Notes: generated by a model from the sequence alone, not told the origin. A stretch of 64,000 nucleotides of DNA from Lama glama (GCA_028534125.1 CM052816.1:53136001-53200000); one strand, 5' to 3'. Shown: positions 1-13,250, counted from the first letter of the stretch. Made by a program: numbers and translations.

Positions 1-449
1 AAGATGTTTTTAAAAGTTAAGCAGTAAAATTAGGCTACACCTGGCTTCATGTAAGGAAGGAAGTAAAAGAGGGGCCTGTTTTACTCGCCTTCTGAAAACT
101 ATATATATAATATAAGGAACTCTTATAGATCAATGGGGGAAAAATCACTCATCATCAGAAAAATAGGCAGAAGATAGTAACTGGGGAAAAAAGGAAGGAT
201 ATACAAATATCAATTATTACATAAAAACAAAAAAGATAAACACTCAGTAATAACCAAAGGAATGCAAATTTTAAAAACATAGCACTGTGTATATTTTTCT
301 AAATGACAATGCCAAATGATACTGAGGAATCAAGGAAGGTATTCTTACTCAGCACCGGCATTCTGAAGGAATAAACTGTTTTCAGTGACACTTAAGGAAA
401 AGTAGATTTGCTGAAAGAATATTCAGAATAACTATTTTAATGCCAGGTA

Positions 450-680
450 AATTTTAAGTATGTGTTTTCGTGAGTTCTGTGAGTCACTAGTGAATTTTCG
501 AACCTAAAAGGACTGCAGGAATCCCCATATCTGCAGCCAGCTGGTTAGAAATACAAATGGCCTGAGGACACCCCAAATCTGCAAATAGTGTCTGAAGGAA
601 AAGCAGTCATGTTGGGGACTGTGCTTTTAAGCTGTAAGGTCTGTAACTGTGAATGAGTACCGTCAGTATTGAATTATGCT
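450..680 (+). mobile_element. MER21-like ERVL LTR fragment
   Basis: tgagttctgtgagtcactag...gtcagtattgaatt resembles the 3' part of the MER21-like LTR at 48.2-48.4 kb. Confidence 0.5.
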
Positions 681-870
681 ACATATTACCATTATTTTTT
701 TAAAGGTGAGGTACATGTTAACATATATGCCTAGAAAAGACTGAAAGGATATACCTCAACTTGTTAGCAGTGGTCTTTATATACTTTTCCATACAACTAC
801 TGCAAACAAAATACTTAAACTGCTCATTTTCGAAAATACCTAACGAGGATAATTTTACTGGGAAACTCAC

Positions 871-1021
871 CCTTTTGAGCTTTAGCTGTTATTTCAAAAT
901 ATTTGACAGTAAGATCCTGAATGGACAGTACAGCCATATGAGCTTTCCGCTGCCAATCAGCATCTTCTTTTCGTAGACTTTCAATTCTTCGGGGACCCAG
1001 GTAATCATTCTCCATAGAAAT
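871..1021 (-). CDS. JMY: JMY coding exon 3 (151 nt)
   Basis: The acceptor is ttttttttctctctaaAG|ATT and the donor is AAGG|GTGAGT. It translates ISMENDYLGPRRIESLRKEDADWQRKAHMAVLSIQDLTVKYFEITAKAQK, in frame with exon 2. Confidence 0.96.
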
Positions 1022-1536
1022 CTTTAGAGAGAAAAAAAAATTTAAAAGATCGTTTCTTTCTTTTATTCATTCTTTAAACATTTACTGAATGTTTATGTAT
1101 CAGGCATTGTGCTTGGTACTAAAACAAAGAATACTTGTTTTCTCCCTACTCTGGAGAAGCTATTAATTTACAAAACAATTAAACTGACAAAAATGTTGAA
1201 GATATTTGACATAGAAATTTGTTCCCCCTTCCTCTTCCTCTGTCTTCTTCATCTTTCCCTCTTCCATTTATAAACAAAAGACATACAACAAAATATCACA
1301 TAATAAAATTAAGACATTAATTTTGGGTGCTGAGATGAGAAATTTATTTTCTCCTTTATGATAATTAGATTTTCAGGTTAAGAATTATTTGTGTCAATAA
1401 AACATTTTTAATCACTGACATAAATAAGATAAAAATTAACAATATATAGAAATCAGTCTATCTGCCAACTGAAGGACTCTGGATAAAAGTAACAGAAAAA
1501 CTGGCTATGTATCATAAGAGTCACAAAGAATGTTAA

Positions 1537-1768
1537 TTCTAGTATGCAGCACAGTGATTCATTTATACATTTATTTGTATTCTTTTTCATATTCTTTTTC
1601 ATTGTAGGCCATTACAAGATATTGAATATAGTTCCCTGTGCTATACAGTAAGACCTTGTTGTTTATCTGTTTTATATATAGTACTTAGTATCTACAAATC
1701 CCAAACTCCCAATTTATCCTTCCCCACCCCTTTTCCCCTGGTAATCATAAGTTTGTTTTGTGTATCTT
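1537..1768 (-). mobile_element. L1 3'UTR fragment lacking a poly(A) tail
   Basis: It is the reverse complement of the L1 3'UTR seen at 3180-3420 (gttccctgtgctataca, atcccaaactcccaatttatcc). Confidence 0.8.
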
Positions 1769-1967
1769 ACAAAGGTATGTTAAAATGGAAGGTATAATCC
1801 AGGAAAAGCAGCAACAGACCCTTTGTAGACCCCCTCTTGCTTTACTACATACTGAGAAAAAGACTTAAAAATTAAACAAGAAGTTAATAACATCACATTA
1901 GGATGATGGGGAAAAACCATTATGGAGAAAAATGTTAATCCACTCCTCATACACTTTTAAAACTGAC

Positions 1968-3466
1968 CAAGCTACAGTAATCAAAACCGTGTAATATTGG
2001 CACAAAAACAGACACACAGATGAACAGAACACAACAGAGAACCCAGAAATAAACCCACAGACCTATGGTCAACTAATCCTTGACAAAGGAGGCAAGACTA
2101 TACAATGGAGAAAAGACAGTCTTTTCAGCAAGAGGTGTTGGGAAAACTGGACAGCAACATGTAAATCAATAAAGTTAGAACACTCCCTCACTCCACTCAC
2201 AAAAATAAACTCAAATGACAAGACAATATAAACCTAGAAGAAAACACAAGCAAAACATTCTCCGACATAAATCTTAGCAATGTTCTCCTAGGGCAGTCTA
2301 CCCCGGCAATAAAAATAAAAGCAAAAATAAATAGGATCTAATTAAACTTACAAGCTTTTTGCACAGCAAAGGAAACCATAAACAAAACACAAAGCCCACC
2401 TATGGAATGAGAGAAAATATTTGCAAATGATATGACTGACAAAGGCTTAATTTCCAGAATATATAAATAGCTCATACAATTTAATAACAAAAAAAAAACC
2501 CAATCCAAAAATGGGCAGAAGACCTCAACAAGAAATTCTCCAATGAAGACATACAAATGACCAATAGGCACATGAAAAAATGCTTAATATTGCTAATTAT
2601 CAGAGAAATGCAAATCAAAACTACAATGAGATATCACCTCACACCAATCAGAATGGTCACCATTAAAAAGTCCACAAATGATAAATGCTGGAGAGGCTGT
2701 GGAGAAAAGGGAACACTCCTACTCTGCTGGTGGGAATGTATTTTGGTGTAAGTAGCCATTATGGAAAACAGTATGGAGATTCCTCAAAAGACTAAAAATA
2801 CACTTACCCTATGATCTAGCAATCCCACTCCTGGGCACATATCTGGAGGGAACTCTAATTCGAAAAGATACCCAATATTCACAGCAGCACTATTTACAAT
2901 AGCCAAGACATGGAAACAACCTTAATGTCCACTGACAAGATGACTGGATAAAGAAGTAGTGTTATGTTTACCCAATGGAAACTACTCAGCCATAAATAAA
3001 GAACAAAATAATGCCATTTGCAGCAACATGGATGGACCTGGAGATCATCATTCTAAGTGAAATAAGCCAGGGAGAGAAAGAAAAATATCATGATTATCAC
3101 TCATACGTGGAATCTAAAAAAAGAAAAAAAGAAAAAAGAAGACACTAATGAACTCATCTACAAATGAAACGCACAGTAAACAATCCTACGGTTACCAGGG
3201 AAAGGGGGTAGGAAGGGATAAATTTGGGAGTCTGAGATTTGCAAATGTTAACCACTATATATAAAAATAGATAAAAAATAAATTTCTTCTGTATAGCACA
3301 AGGAACTGTATTCAATATCTTATAATAACCTTTAATGAAAAAGAATATGGAAACAAACATATGTATATATATGCATGACTGGGACATTATGCTGTAAACC
3401 AGAAATTGACACACTGCAACTGACTATACTTCAATCAAAAAACAAAACAAAACAAAACAAAAAAAA
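1968..3466 (+). mobile_element. 5'-truncated L1 (end of ORF2, 3'UTR, A-rich tail)
   Basis: An ORF2 C-terminal remnant reads [18 protein letters not shown]...[19 protein letters not shown]. The L1 3'UTR and a (CAAAA)n tail follow. Confidence 0.93.
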
Positions 3467-3471
3467 CTCTA

Positions 3472-3607
3472 GGGGAGGGTGTAGCTTAGTGGTGGAGCAC
3501 CTGCTTAGCATGCACAACGTCGTGGGTTCAATCTCCAGTCCCTCCATTAAGTAATAAACAAACAAACTGAATTATCTCCCTCCTAAAAAAAAAATTAAAA
3601 AAAAAAA
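3472..3607 (+). mobile_element. tRNA-Ala-derived camelid SINE (Vic-1 type)
   Basis: GGGGAGGGTGTAGCTTAGTGGTGGAGC...GGGTTCAATCTCCAG head with A and B boxes, followed by an AT-rich tail. Confidence 0.88.
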
Positions 3608-4109
3608 CAACTGATCAAGTAAGTTATCACACTCAATAAATAGAATTAAGCAACAAATGAAGCAACACTATACTTCTCCTTAAGCAAATGAAGAGTCTTC
3701 CAAATGGAGGAAAAAACATATGAGCATTTAGCATAGTGCTCAGCACACAGGGAGCAATTTATTAGCAATATTAAGGGAGACAATGGTGAAGCAGGAGAAG
3801 AATGATTCCAGGGTTACCGGGAAAAAAATATGTGCATGGAATTGTCAAGGATTTCATTCTGCCTATGTTAAGTTTGACTTTGCAAGGCATGTCCAGAGAT
3901 ACAAGCTTGGGTATCTTTGACACACAGAAGACAATTAAAATAACAAGAGTGGATGAGCTCATGTAAGGAATCAGAATCCTAAGTAGCAAGATTCAATGGA
4001 CAAGAAATCAACCCTATCAAACACTGCTTAGGTCAAGTAGATATACAACCAGCACCCATGGACCTACCAGCATGAAGATTACTGAACTTGGCAAAAACAG
4101 TTCTGGAGT

Positions 4110-4430
4110 ACAGGCAAACTCCTTTTGCTTATTAATCCCGATCGTATCTTCAGATCTCAGCTCAATTACTAGTTCATGGACGTCTTTCTTGACTCACCAC
4201 TGTAAGCTCTTCAGTGTAACAAGTATCTTTCCTTCTTAGCACTTATCACAATCAAACTTTATATTACCTTATGAACTTATAAACATTACCTGCTTCCCAC
4301 TGTGAATGTTTTATGAGGGCAGAGAAGGCATAGGTGGTTTCTATCTCTGCTTGCTTTCTTTTCACTAGCACACTACCTGGCATGAACTAGGTAATCTAAA
4401 ATATTTCCTGAATGATTGAGTGAATAAAAA
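4110..4430 (+). mobile_element. L2 3' end remnant
   Basis: ctagcacactacctggcatgaactaggtaatctaaaatatttcctgaatgattgagtgaat is a typical L2 terminus. Confidence 0.55.
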
Positions 4431-6289
4431 ATTCACATCCATACAGGTTTTTTAATGAGAGACATGTAGACACATGTATAATTATTCTTTAGAGAAATCT
4501 GTGAGTGAGTAGAGGGGAAAAGCGTGGGGAAGAGGGTAGGCCCTGCTTTGTTTTAATGGGAGATCTGGAGCAGGTTTGAGAGGGAGAACTGTGTTTTCCC
4601 CTGTAAAGAAAAGCACCCAGATAGGAATAAATTGGTATAGGAGAGAGGAGGAGAAGACAGAAAAACAGCTATTTTTAGATGGTAGGATGACAAATCATTT
4701 AGAAAGACTCATTAAGCAAATATTAAAAACAAGACTAACCAGGGTTAGTGAGGTCACAATGAAACAGGCACACATAATATACTTCCGGGTGGAACTAAAA
4801 ATTGATTAAAATTTCCTGGAACATATTTTATGACACCATAATCTCTGAAGATATTTAACAAAATAACTTCAGAGAATAACAACCAAAGATGTTCACTGCA
4901 ATGTTGTTTGAAATAAAGGTAAAAAGGGATCCCAGATAGCTAATAATAAAGTTGTATTTAATACTCCCATAAAATACAGTTCTAAGTAAAAATGCTTATG
5001 AAGAGTTTGTAAAATACATTATTATTGATGTCATCTTTTGGTGGTGAATTATGAGTGAGTTTTCTTCCTATTTGAAATATGTACTTTCCAAATCTTTTGT
5101 ATTGTATATACACTGCTTTTATAATCATGAACAACAAAAAATGCTTTTATCTCTCCTTGGGTTCACAAGCCATACCAACTAGACAGGCTGAAGACACATT
5201 ACCCTAAGTTTCCTGTTCCTAGTTAAGCAAACAATGAGCTCATGTTTTCATATGTGAGGCCCAGAAAGAGGCATAATTAAGAGACTTAACCTCTTTTTTC
5301 CAGTGTGGGGGAGGGATGGGATGTGGATGAATGATCAGAACCTAAATATCTTTCTTTATAGTTGGAAAAATTATTTGCACTCCATTTCTGGGGCTATAAA
5401 AATAGTGCCAAGCAAAGACAATTAAACACAAGGAGCACTACCTGTGGGGGCTGGGGTGGGAGGTCTGGGCAGACTTTCTAAAAGGAAAAATTGAGTAGGT
5501 GAGTTCTTAAAGAACAAGCAGAATTGTGCCAGGTAATGAAGATGGTGAAGAATGTATGTATGAAAAGAATTAAGGTATTTTAAGAAACATGAAAGACGTG
5601 GGGGTAAAGAATACATTTAGCTGGCATACTTTATTGAGGCTCATGAACTGCAGAAGGAAGGGTAGGATTTTGACAGTTATATGGGGAGTTTATGGGAAAA
5701 GAGCACCACGCAAAAGGCATGCTGTAGATAAGAGCTCATCTGAGCCAAAGCCTAGAGGCAAGTAAGTTCAATGTATGGTAAAGGACAGAGCAGTCCAGCC
5801 TAGCAGCGTTTACGTAAAACAGATGAAAGTAGTGGGAGGTAGGACTAGAAAAGTAGGTTATGATCACTATGAGGAGGCTGTGGAGTTGGTACTTAGTATG
5901 ACAGGCAAATGGAAACCACTATGGGAGTCTCAGCAGTAATTAGTGGTAGACTTGAGTTTATAGTTAAAGGTTCTAAAAGACTTGTCTTCTGTAACAAAAC
6001 CATCAAGGTATGTGCTTTCTTTTGCGGTGATTACCTCTGATTTTAAAGTTAAAAAGCAAAAGATTAGTATTCACGAGTATGAAAAAGAAACTCAACGAAC
6101 TGATCACTACAGTAAAAAATTTAATTCTTACTCAGCATGTTATGCATGATTGAAGCCCTTTTCAATGACATGATTAAACTTTGTACCCTTTAAAGAACTT
6201 GTATGTTTATTGTACCTAAGACCATAAGCTAGGTCACTTAGGTTTTTTTCCTGAAGTCTAAAAATGTATGTAGATTCTACCAGCTCCAA

Positions 6290-6854
6290 GTTTAACCTTC
6301 TGCCTTGTGATTCTAGGGTTCAGGCCCTGAAAACCCTATTTAGCCTTTGCCAATAGGAAGGGTTGGATGAGCTTTCAGAGTTGAAGGAGAAGATCTAAAT
6401 CATTGTACTTTCCTGACTTTCCTGTTTGCTGTTCCTGTGACCATCATCCCAGATTTGTTTCTTCATCCAGGCATCTGCAGTACCTTCTTGAAGGAGCTAA
6501 CAGAATCCAGTTTGCAGTTTTCAACCTTTGCAGAATTGGCCTCATTGTGTGTCCAAGACAGCACCAGGGTACCAGTGCCCTTGCTCAGAGATCTGGTTCT
6601 CTCCATTGAGATCTGACACACCAGCACTAGGAGAGCAATGTCCTCTCTCTCAGAGGTCAGCTCCACAGGACCTATCCTTTAATAATTACCACCTCTTCCT
6701 TTTGTAACCTCCAATCCTAGGAGTGGTGGCTGCTTTTGCAATTAACTCTGATGCCTTCTTATCTATCTCATTAACGTTATATCTACTTCTTTGTATTAAA
6801 TTTCCTCTGCTGAAATAGCTGGTTTGATTTTCCAATCAGACCCCAACAGACACA
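6290..6854 (+). mobile_element. Ancient ERVL LTR (LTR33/LTR41-like)
   Basis: The 3' end reads attaaatttcctctgctgaaatagctggtttgattttcc...agacaca, with an internal cctaggagtggtggctgctt motif. Confidence 0.55.
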
Positions 6855-7717
6855 ATCATGGAACAGAAATGTAACAAACAGAACAAGCAGTGCTCAAAAT
6901 TAAAACATCTAAACTCAGATGATGAAGACAGAAATCCTCTTCACTCACACAGTTAAACACTAAAGTGAGAAAACTTGCATTATGGCTTTTTTGAGGAGAA
7001 AAAAATATAAAAACCTGGTGGTAATTATCTGGAGATAATGTGTACTGTGTTGGATTATCTTTACCTTCATTGTATGTGTATTCAAATATACGCAAACATT
7101 CTATGCTTTTTAAATGCTGTTTTTTAACTGACTTCTGAAACTCAGTAACTAATGCCGCTTTAAAACGTGATTATAGTTTATTGCACCTAAGACATTAAGC
7201 TAGGATACTAAGTTCTTTTCCTAACTTGGCAAATCTGAAGATGTACAGCCTTGGTCAGCTGGATCGTGTGCTAAAAACAATGACACCTCTGTTTTCAATT
7301 TCAAGGCTAGAAAGAAAACAGTGCCTGTTTTTAATATGGAAAAAAGTATGTGTCAGTTTAGGTGGCTAGGATAGTGAGACTAGTTTATAAACAAATTTCT
7401 TGGCATGGAATTACTTATTATAAAGCACATCACTAGCTTGGATACTTAGTTTTATATGAGAAGCTTAAGTGTTACTTCTGAGTATCGTTAACATAGTACT
7501 GAAGAAAAAAAAATAAACAATTCCTATTTTTAGGTAGAACAAAAGCCATGAAGACTATCAGCAGGCCAATTCACTACCTAACCCTGACTCACTGAGAAAC
7601 CAGGTTTAAAAATCTAGAAAGGACCATCTAGTTAAAATCTCATTTAACTGGGGCCCAAGGAGAATGTAACTGAATTCAGTGCGCTCCATCCCTTAGCTGT
7701 TTCAAATTTTATTAGAT

Positions 7718-7898
7718 ATGTGGTTCTCAAACTTTTGTGTATATCACAATTACTTGAAGACTTGTTAAAATACAGATTGCTGAGATCCCTGGTTTCAATA
7801 AAGGAGATCTGAGGTTAGGCTTAAGAATCTGTATTTCCAACAAGGTTCTAGGCAATACCGATGCTACTCATCTGGGGGTCACATTTTTAAGAATCAGC
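7718..7898. mobile_element. MER5A-like hAT-Charlie MITE
   Basis: tggttctcaaactt...cttgttaaaatacagattgctg...aagaatctgtatttccaacaag. Confidence 0.75.
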
Positions 7899-8062
7899 AT
7901 ATTAGACTTAGAGCCTGGGAGCTCCCTAAAGGGATGCAAATTTCAGGAAGACCTCTAGGCCTAAAATAATGCTGGTTATGGAGGAGCTACTTAATGCTTA
8001 TACATGAGGCAGAGGGTTAATAAAAAATCTTTATTCCATTTGTATAAAGATAATGAGGCTAT

Positions 8063-8099
8063 TTTTTATTGATTTATAATCATTTTACAATGTTGTGTC
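8063..8099 (-). mobile_element. Ultra-short (37 bp) L1 3'-terminal insertion with a 17-bp TSD
   Basis: The reverse complement GACACAACATTGTAAAATGATTATAAATCAATAAAAA matches the L1 end near 23236-23272. The TSD AAAGATAATGAGGCTAT is at 8046-8062 and 8100-8116. Confidence 0.85.
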
Positions 8100-8709
8100 A
8101 AAGATAATGAGGCTATATTAAGAAATATTTAATATAAAATATGTAATAAATGTACTGAGCATTGTTATTATAAAATGTTACACACTTGAGATGCCAGGTT
8201 AACTTCTTTCCTATTATACTTTAGTATCTAGGTTAAATGAAACCACTGGAAATTAAATTCTTTTTTAAGAGTCTAAAGAATAAAAGTCAGATTCCATAGA
8301 ATGATACAGCATTCTAGTCCCTGACCATCATTTCCCCTCATCTCCTACAAATCCTTAGATCCAAGCCATACTAAACCAACAGCAGGCTTTACAGTCAAGT
8401 AACATGTCTTTCAATTCCAGCCATGCTGGTTATTGGCCTCCATGATGATGCTGCGTTGATGATTCAGTGATGTTTAAATAATTAACTGTGACTAAAAGCC
8501 CAACTGTTATGCCTGTTCACTATACTATTCCTTTTTTTAATATATATATCTGGAATAAATCCAATCTCTAACACAGACATACATACTCACTTCCTACTGA
8601 ATTCTTAATTCTTCAATGGTGAAACTCAATAATCCCTTTTTCCATATATCTTCAGGCAATGTTGATCACCTCACTTTGCTTGTCTCTACATAAACTTATA
8701 CATACTTCT

Positions 8710-11480
8710 TATTTATTTTTCTTTAAAAAAAGAACATCTGAGTCATAATTTACATACAATACAATGTTCCCGTTTAAGAACAAATTTTGACAAATTTATA
8801 TACCCATGTTAACAGCCACTATAATCAAGATTTGGAGCATATCAATCTCCCCCCAAAAGATTCTGTTACACCTGTTTCCTCTGAACCAATCTCCCCAGTC
8901 CTACCCCAGGCAACAACTGTTTAAAACAATCATTTCTAGAATTTCATGTAAATGGAGGCACACAGTTTACACTCTGGAATTTTTTACTCAGGGCAAAGTT
9001 TTGTAAGCTATTTATTAGGGTTTAATTTACATATATAATCAAGTGAATCTATCTGAAGTGCTAGATTTGATGATTTCTGAAAGCTGTATATGTCCAAAAA
9101 ACCCACCACTACAACCAAGATACAAAAAATTTGTCACCTCCAAAACATTCCTCGTCCTCCTTTGCCATCCACCTCCTCACACAGTATATACTCTCCTGCA
9201 TGTGGCTTCTTCAGCTTAGCTTGACTTTGAGATGTGTCTGTTGTTGTGTCTATCAATAGTTAATTCCTTTGCATTGTTGAATATTATTCTATTATACGGA
9301 AATACCGTGTTTAGTTTATCCATTCACTTGTTGAAGTTATTTGGGTTGTTCCAATTTGGGGTTACCGTGAATAATGCTGGAGCAAATACTGGTATATAAG
9401 TCTTTTTTGTGAATAGATGTTTTTGCTTCTCTTGTGTAAAGAATGAGGGGTCAAAGAGCTGAGTTGTGAGGTTGTAAAGTTGACCCTTGAACAACTTGGG
9501 TTTGAACTGCAGGGGTCCACTCACAGGCAGATTTTTTTTCTATAAATACTACAATGCTGCACGATCCACTGTTGGCTCAATCCATGGATGTGGAACCATG
9601 GATTTGGAAAGCCTCTTTGGGACTCAAGCATCTGAGGATTTGGGTATCTATAGTGGGTCCTGGAACCAACGCCTCAGGCTGTTCAAAGGTCAACTGTGTA
9701 TGTTTAACTTTTGAAGAAACTGCAAAACTGTTTCCCAAAATGGCTGTACCACTTTAAAATCCTGTAAGGAATGTATGTGAGATTTCCAGTTACTCTACAA
9801 CCTCACTAGCCCTTGTGAGGGCTCACTCTAATGGGTATGTGACAGTATCTCATTATGTTATCAATTTGCATTTCCCAGATGACTATGTTGAGCATCTCTG
9901 CATGTACTTATCAATTTTTTTTCTCTTTCTAAATATTTAGCTCATTTTTTTTAAATTTTGAGGTTTTATCTTACTGAGTTGTACAGTTCCTTTTTCAAAT
10001 GTATTACAAGTTACTTTCTTTCAGTCTGTGGCTTGCCTTCTCATTTTCTTAATATTTCAAAGAGCAAAAGTATTCATTTTAGCAAGGCCCAATTTATCAA
10101 ATTTTTTTAGGTTTATGGCTCAAGTATTCTGCATCCTATTAAAAAAATTTTTTTTGCAGTACCATTTGTTGTAAAGACTTCTTTTCCCCCACTGAACTGC
10201 CTTGTCACCTATGTGGAAAGCTAACTGACTATATAATCAGATCTATTTCTGGGTCATTCATTTACATATCTATCCTATACTATTACCACATCACCTGGCT
10301 TTCTCTAGCTATTTTACAGTCAGCTGGTCAGTTTAAAAACAAAAACAAAAACACACAAATCCTACTGGACTTTAATTTGAATCTACAGATCAAATGAGAA
10401 CTGACATCTGAACATTAAATCTTCTAATCTATTAACAGTCTGTTTCTCCATTTATTTAGGTATGTTTTAATTTCTCTCAGCGAAGTTTTCCAATTTTTCA
10501 GTATACAGGACTTATATATATTTTGTAAAATGTATCCCTAAACATTTCATGTTGATGCAAATGTTAATGGCATTCTTTAAAATTTTGATTTTCATTTATA
10601 GAAGACAGAAAACACAACTACTTTTTAATACTGACCTTGTAGCTAAACTTGGATTATTCCCACTAGCTTTTTTAGATTCTTTTTTTAAACACGTGTGCTC
10701 ATGTGATCTACAAATACAGAAAGCTTCAGTTTGTTTTTTCTAATTTATATATGCATTTTTTCTTGTCTTATTGGACTGGCTACAAACTCCAGAGAAACAC
10801 TGAATTAAAAAGTGTTGAGAACAGACAATCTTGCCTTGTTACCAATCTTAGTAGGGGAAGAATTCAGTCGTTCACCATCATGTATGATGTTAGACAGGCT
10901 TTCCATATACACACTTTATCAGGTCAAGGAAGTTCCCCGCTCTTCCTAGTTTACTGAGGTTTTATCATGGATGGGGCTGAACTTTTCATCAAATGCATTA
11001 CTGGACCCACAGATATATACTGATCTTTTCCTTTATTGATAATACAGTGAGTTTACATTGATCGGTTTTTGTAATGTTAAACAAACCTTCCCTTTCTGAG
11101 ATAAACCCTCATCACAGTATACTACTGAATCCTATTTTTTCAGTATTATGTTAAGGATTATTGCATCTACATTCATGAGGGATATTTATCAGTAGTTTTC
11201 TTTTTTCCTGTAATGTCTTTGATTTGAATAATGCTAGCCTCAAAAGGGAGTTGCAAAGTGTTTCCTCCTTTAAATCTTCCTGTTATCCTTCATATGGCCT
11301 TGTAGTTTTCTCTGTGAGAAGGTTTTAAATTATGAATTCAACTTTGTTAATATGTAGCTATCAACATTTTTCTATTTTTTTCCTTGAATCTATTTCGACA
11401 ATTTGTATTTCTAAGGAATGTGACCATTTCATCTAAGTTGTAGAATTTTTTGGCACAAACTTGTTCATTCTCTCTTACTA
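8710..11480 (-). mobile_element. Old L1M (L1MC/MD/ME-like) fragments: 3'UTR and ORF2 remnants
   Basis: It has characteristic antisense L1 motifs (ttgttccaatttgggg, tttgcatttcccagatgact, tcaggtcaaggaagttcccc). A minus-strand remnant reads KFYNLDEMVTFLRN. Confidence 0.8.
9477..9696. mobile_element. Tigger2-derived MITE inserted in L1
   Basis: Terminal inverted repeats (c/a)AGTTGACCCTTGAACA ... TGTTCAAAGGTCAACTG, with TA/TG flanks. Confidence 0.8.
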
Positions 11481-12497
11481 GTTCATCATCATAGTTGATG
11501 GGCACTTGAGGGGCAAAGCAGTAAAATACCATTTTTACCATTGAAAATGTTATTTAAAAAACATGCTGTCTTTTCCCCCTCCCCTATACTTAACTTCCCA
11601 GGGAAAAATGGAGTAATAAGTGATGCTAGTGGCTAATACAGCCTGACAATGAGGTTCAAATGCTCAATACAAATCAAGATGTTAATTAATATGAAAGCAA
11701 AAATGCACACAATGCTGAACTGTATAGATTATGTCTGCTAAACAGTACAGCCTAGAAGTAGATGGGGCCTCCATGTCATCCAGTTCATCCCTGGCCTTCC
11801 AGTCAAGTTTTCAATGGACAAACATATATACTTCATTTTTAAAAACTGGAGGAAACTACAGTGTTTAAAAATTCTTAGTTACTAGTTACCATTTAAACCA
11901 AAATGCCAATATTATAAAATTGACTTAACAAATCAGTATTTTTCAAAATTATCAATAAAGGAGAGTATGTCAATTATGTGACAGTCTGTGTTGCTCTGTA
12001 TCTTGATTCATTAGTAAAGGGGAAAAAGACACACAGACATGCTTTACCATGTCATAATTTTTCAAATACACTACTCATCCTTGCCGCCAAGTATAAAGTT
12101 CTCAGAATAATTACTAATGATCCAACCTAACCCATTATGCAAAAAAAATTTTTTTAAATATCCTAGTTCAGCAATGTTTCCATGTGAATTAAACCTAGCA
12201 ACACTGATTTGAGAGGTCAGCTATAAAATCAAACCCTTTAACACTCACCTCAAAAATTGTAATATATACTTTACACATGAAAATTAAATGTCATGAAAAT
12301 TTTAAAGCTCTACCATTAAAGCCTTGTAACTTTCAAAACAAGGTCTTCCCAAAACAAATGTTCCCAAAACTCCTGCTAAAGAAGTCTAAGATTAGACCGT
12401 ACCCAAAACATTAAAAGAGAGACAGGAGTGGGCGGGGGGGAGTACAGGAAAAGGGGACACTAGGGGATCTCAACATATTTACAAACTTTTTTTCTAG

Positions 12498-12665
12498 GTT
12501 GTTCTCAACCCTCCCTACTCAGCAGAGTCACCTTTTCAGATGCTTTTAAAATGAGGTGTTCAGGCTCCACATACCAAACTAGAGTCTTTAGGGACAATGG
12601 ACCATATATCTTTATTTTTCAAAAGCTCCTTTACTAATTAAAATGCATAGCCATCCTGAGAACTG
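12498..12665. mobile_element. MER5B-like MITE about 40 bp from the exon 2 donor
   Basis: ggttgttctcaaccct...tatttttcaaaagctcc...tgagaactg. Confidence 0.6.
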
Positions 12666-12704
12666 TTAAACAGGAAGGTTACTATTTAGATTTTAAACAA
12701 ATAC

Positions 12705-12878
12705 CTTGATCTGCTGTCTCCGTAGCATGGCAAGTTCTCGCATGTCTCGGAATGGCTGTAGTAAATACTGATAGAGTTCGGTTGTGGCTTCTGCAAGACT
12801 GCTGTAGGCTTCATCCTCCATCTGATACAAGTCCAGAAGCTCTACCATGCTCTCTGTATTCTTGTGCTTATCCAAGAG
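12705..12878 (-). CDS. JMY: JMY coding exon 2 (174 nt)
   Basis: The acceptor is tttcttgttccacAG|CTC and the donor is AAG|GTATTT. It translates LLDKHKNTESMVELLDLYQMEDEAYSSLAEATTELYQYLLQPFRDMRELAMLRRQQIK, phase 0-0, in frame with exon 1. Confidence 0.96.
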
Positions 12879-13250
12879 CTGTGGAACAAGAAAGTTTCAC
12901 TACAAAGAAATCCAATTGTAATAGCCTATAAATACTTGCTAACTGCCTAGCATCTGAGGACCTTGGAAACCTGAAACACAGAATTAAGACAGAATGAGAA
13001 GCACCAATTGCTTTCATCACTCATCTCCATGCCTTAGATCTTTTACTACAAGACCACTGTCTGGAATATCCTTTTCTAACTACTACTATTACCATACTAT
13101 TCCGGGTTCTGTGTAACTTTCTGGAACTCAGTACTATCTGCCTTTCCTTAACTCTAAAAATTTTTCCCCAGCATCTAGTAGCTTTCTCCATATTTATATA
13201 AAAAAATTTTCACTTCTAATCTACAAAGTAGTTATCAACTCTTGCCTTTA

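Noticed and set aside
824..870. C-terminal extensions of the ORF-track proteins for exon 3 (GEFPSKIILVRYFRK) and exon 2 (VFV)
   Set aside because: They are read-through past canonical splice donors into intron sequence.
2338..2751. ORFs resembling protein fragments
   Set aside because: They are sense and antisense translations of a truncated, mutated L1 ORF2 and cannot encode an active element.
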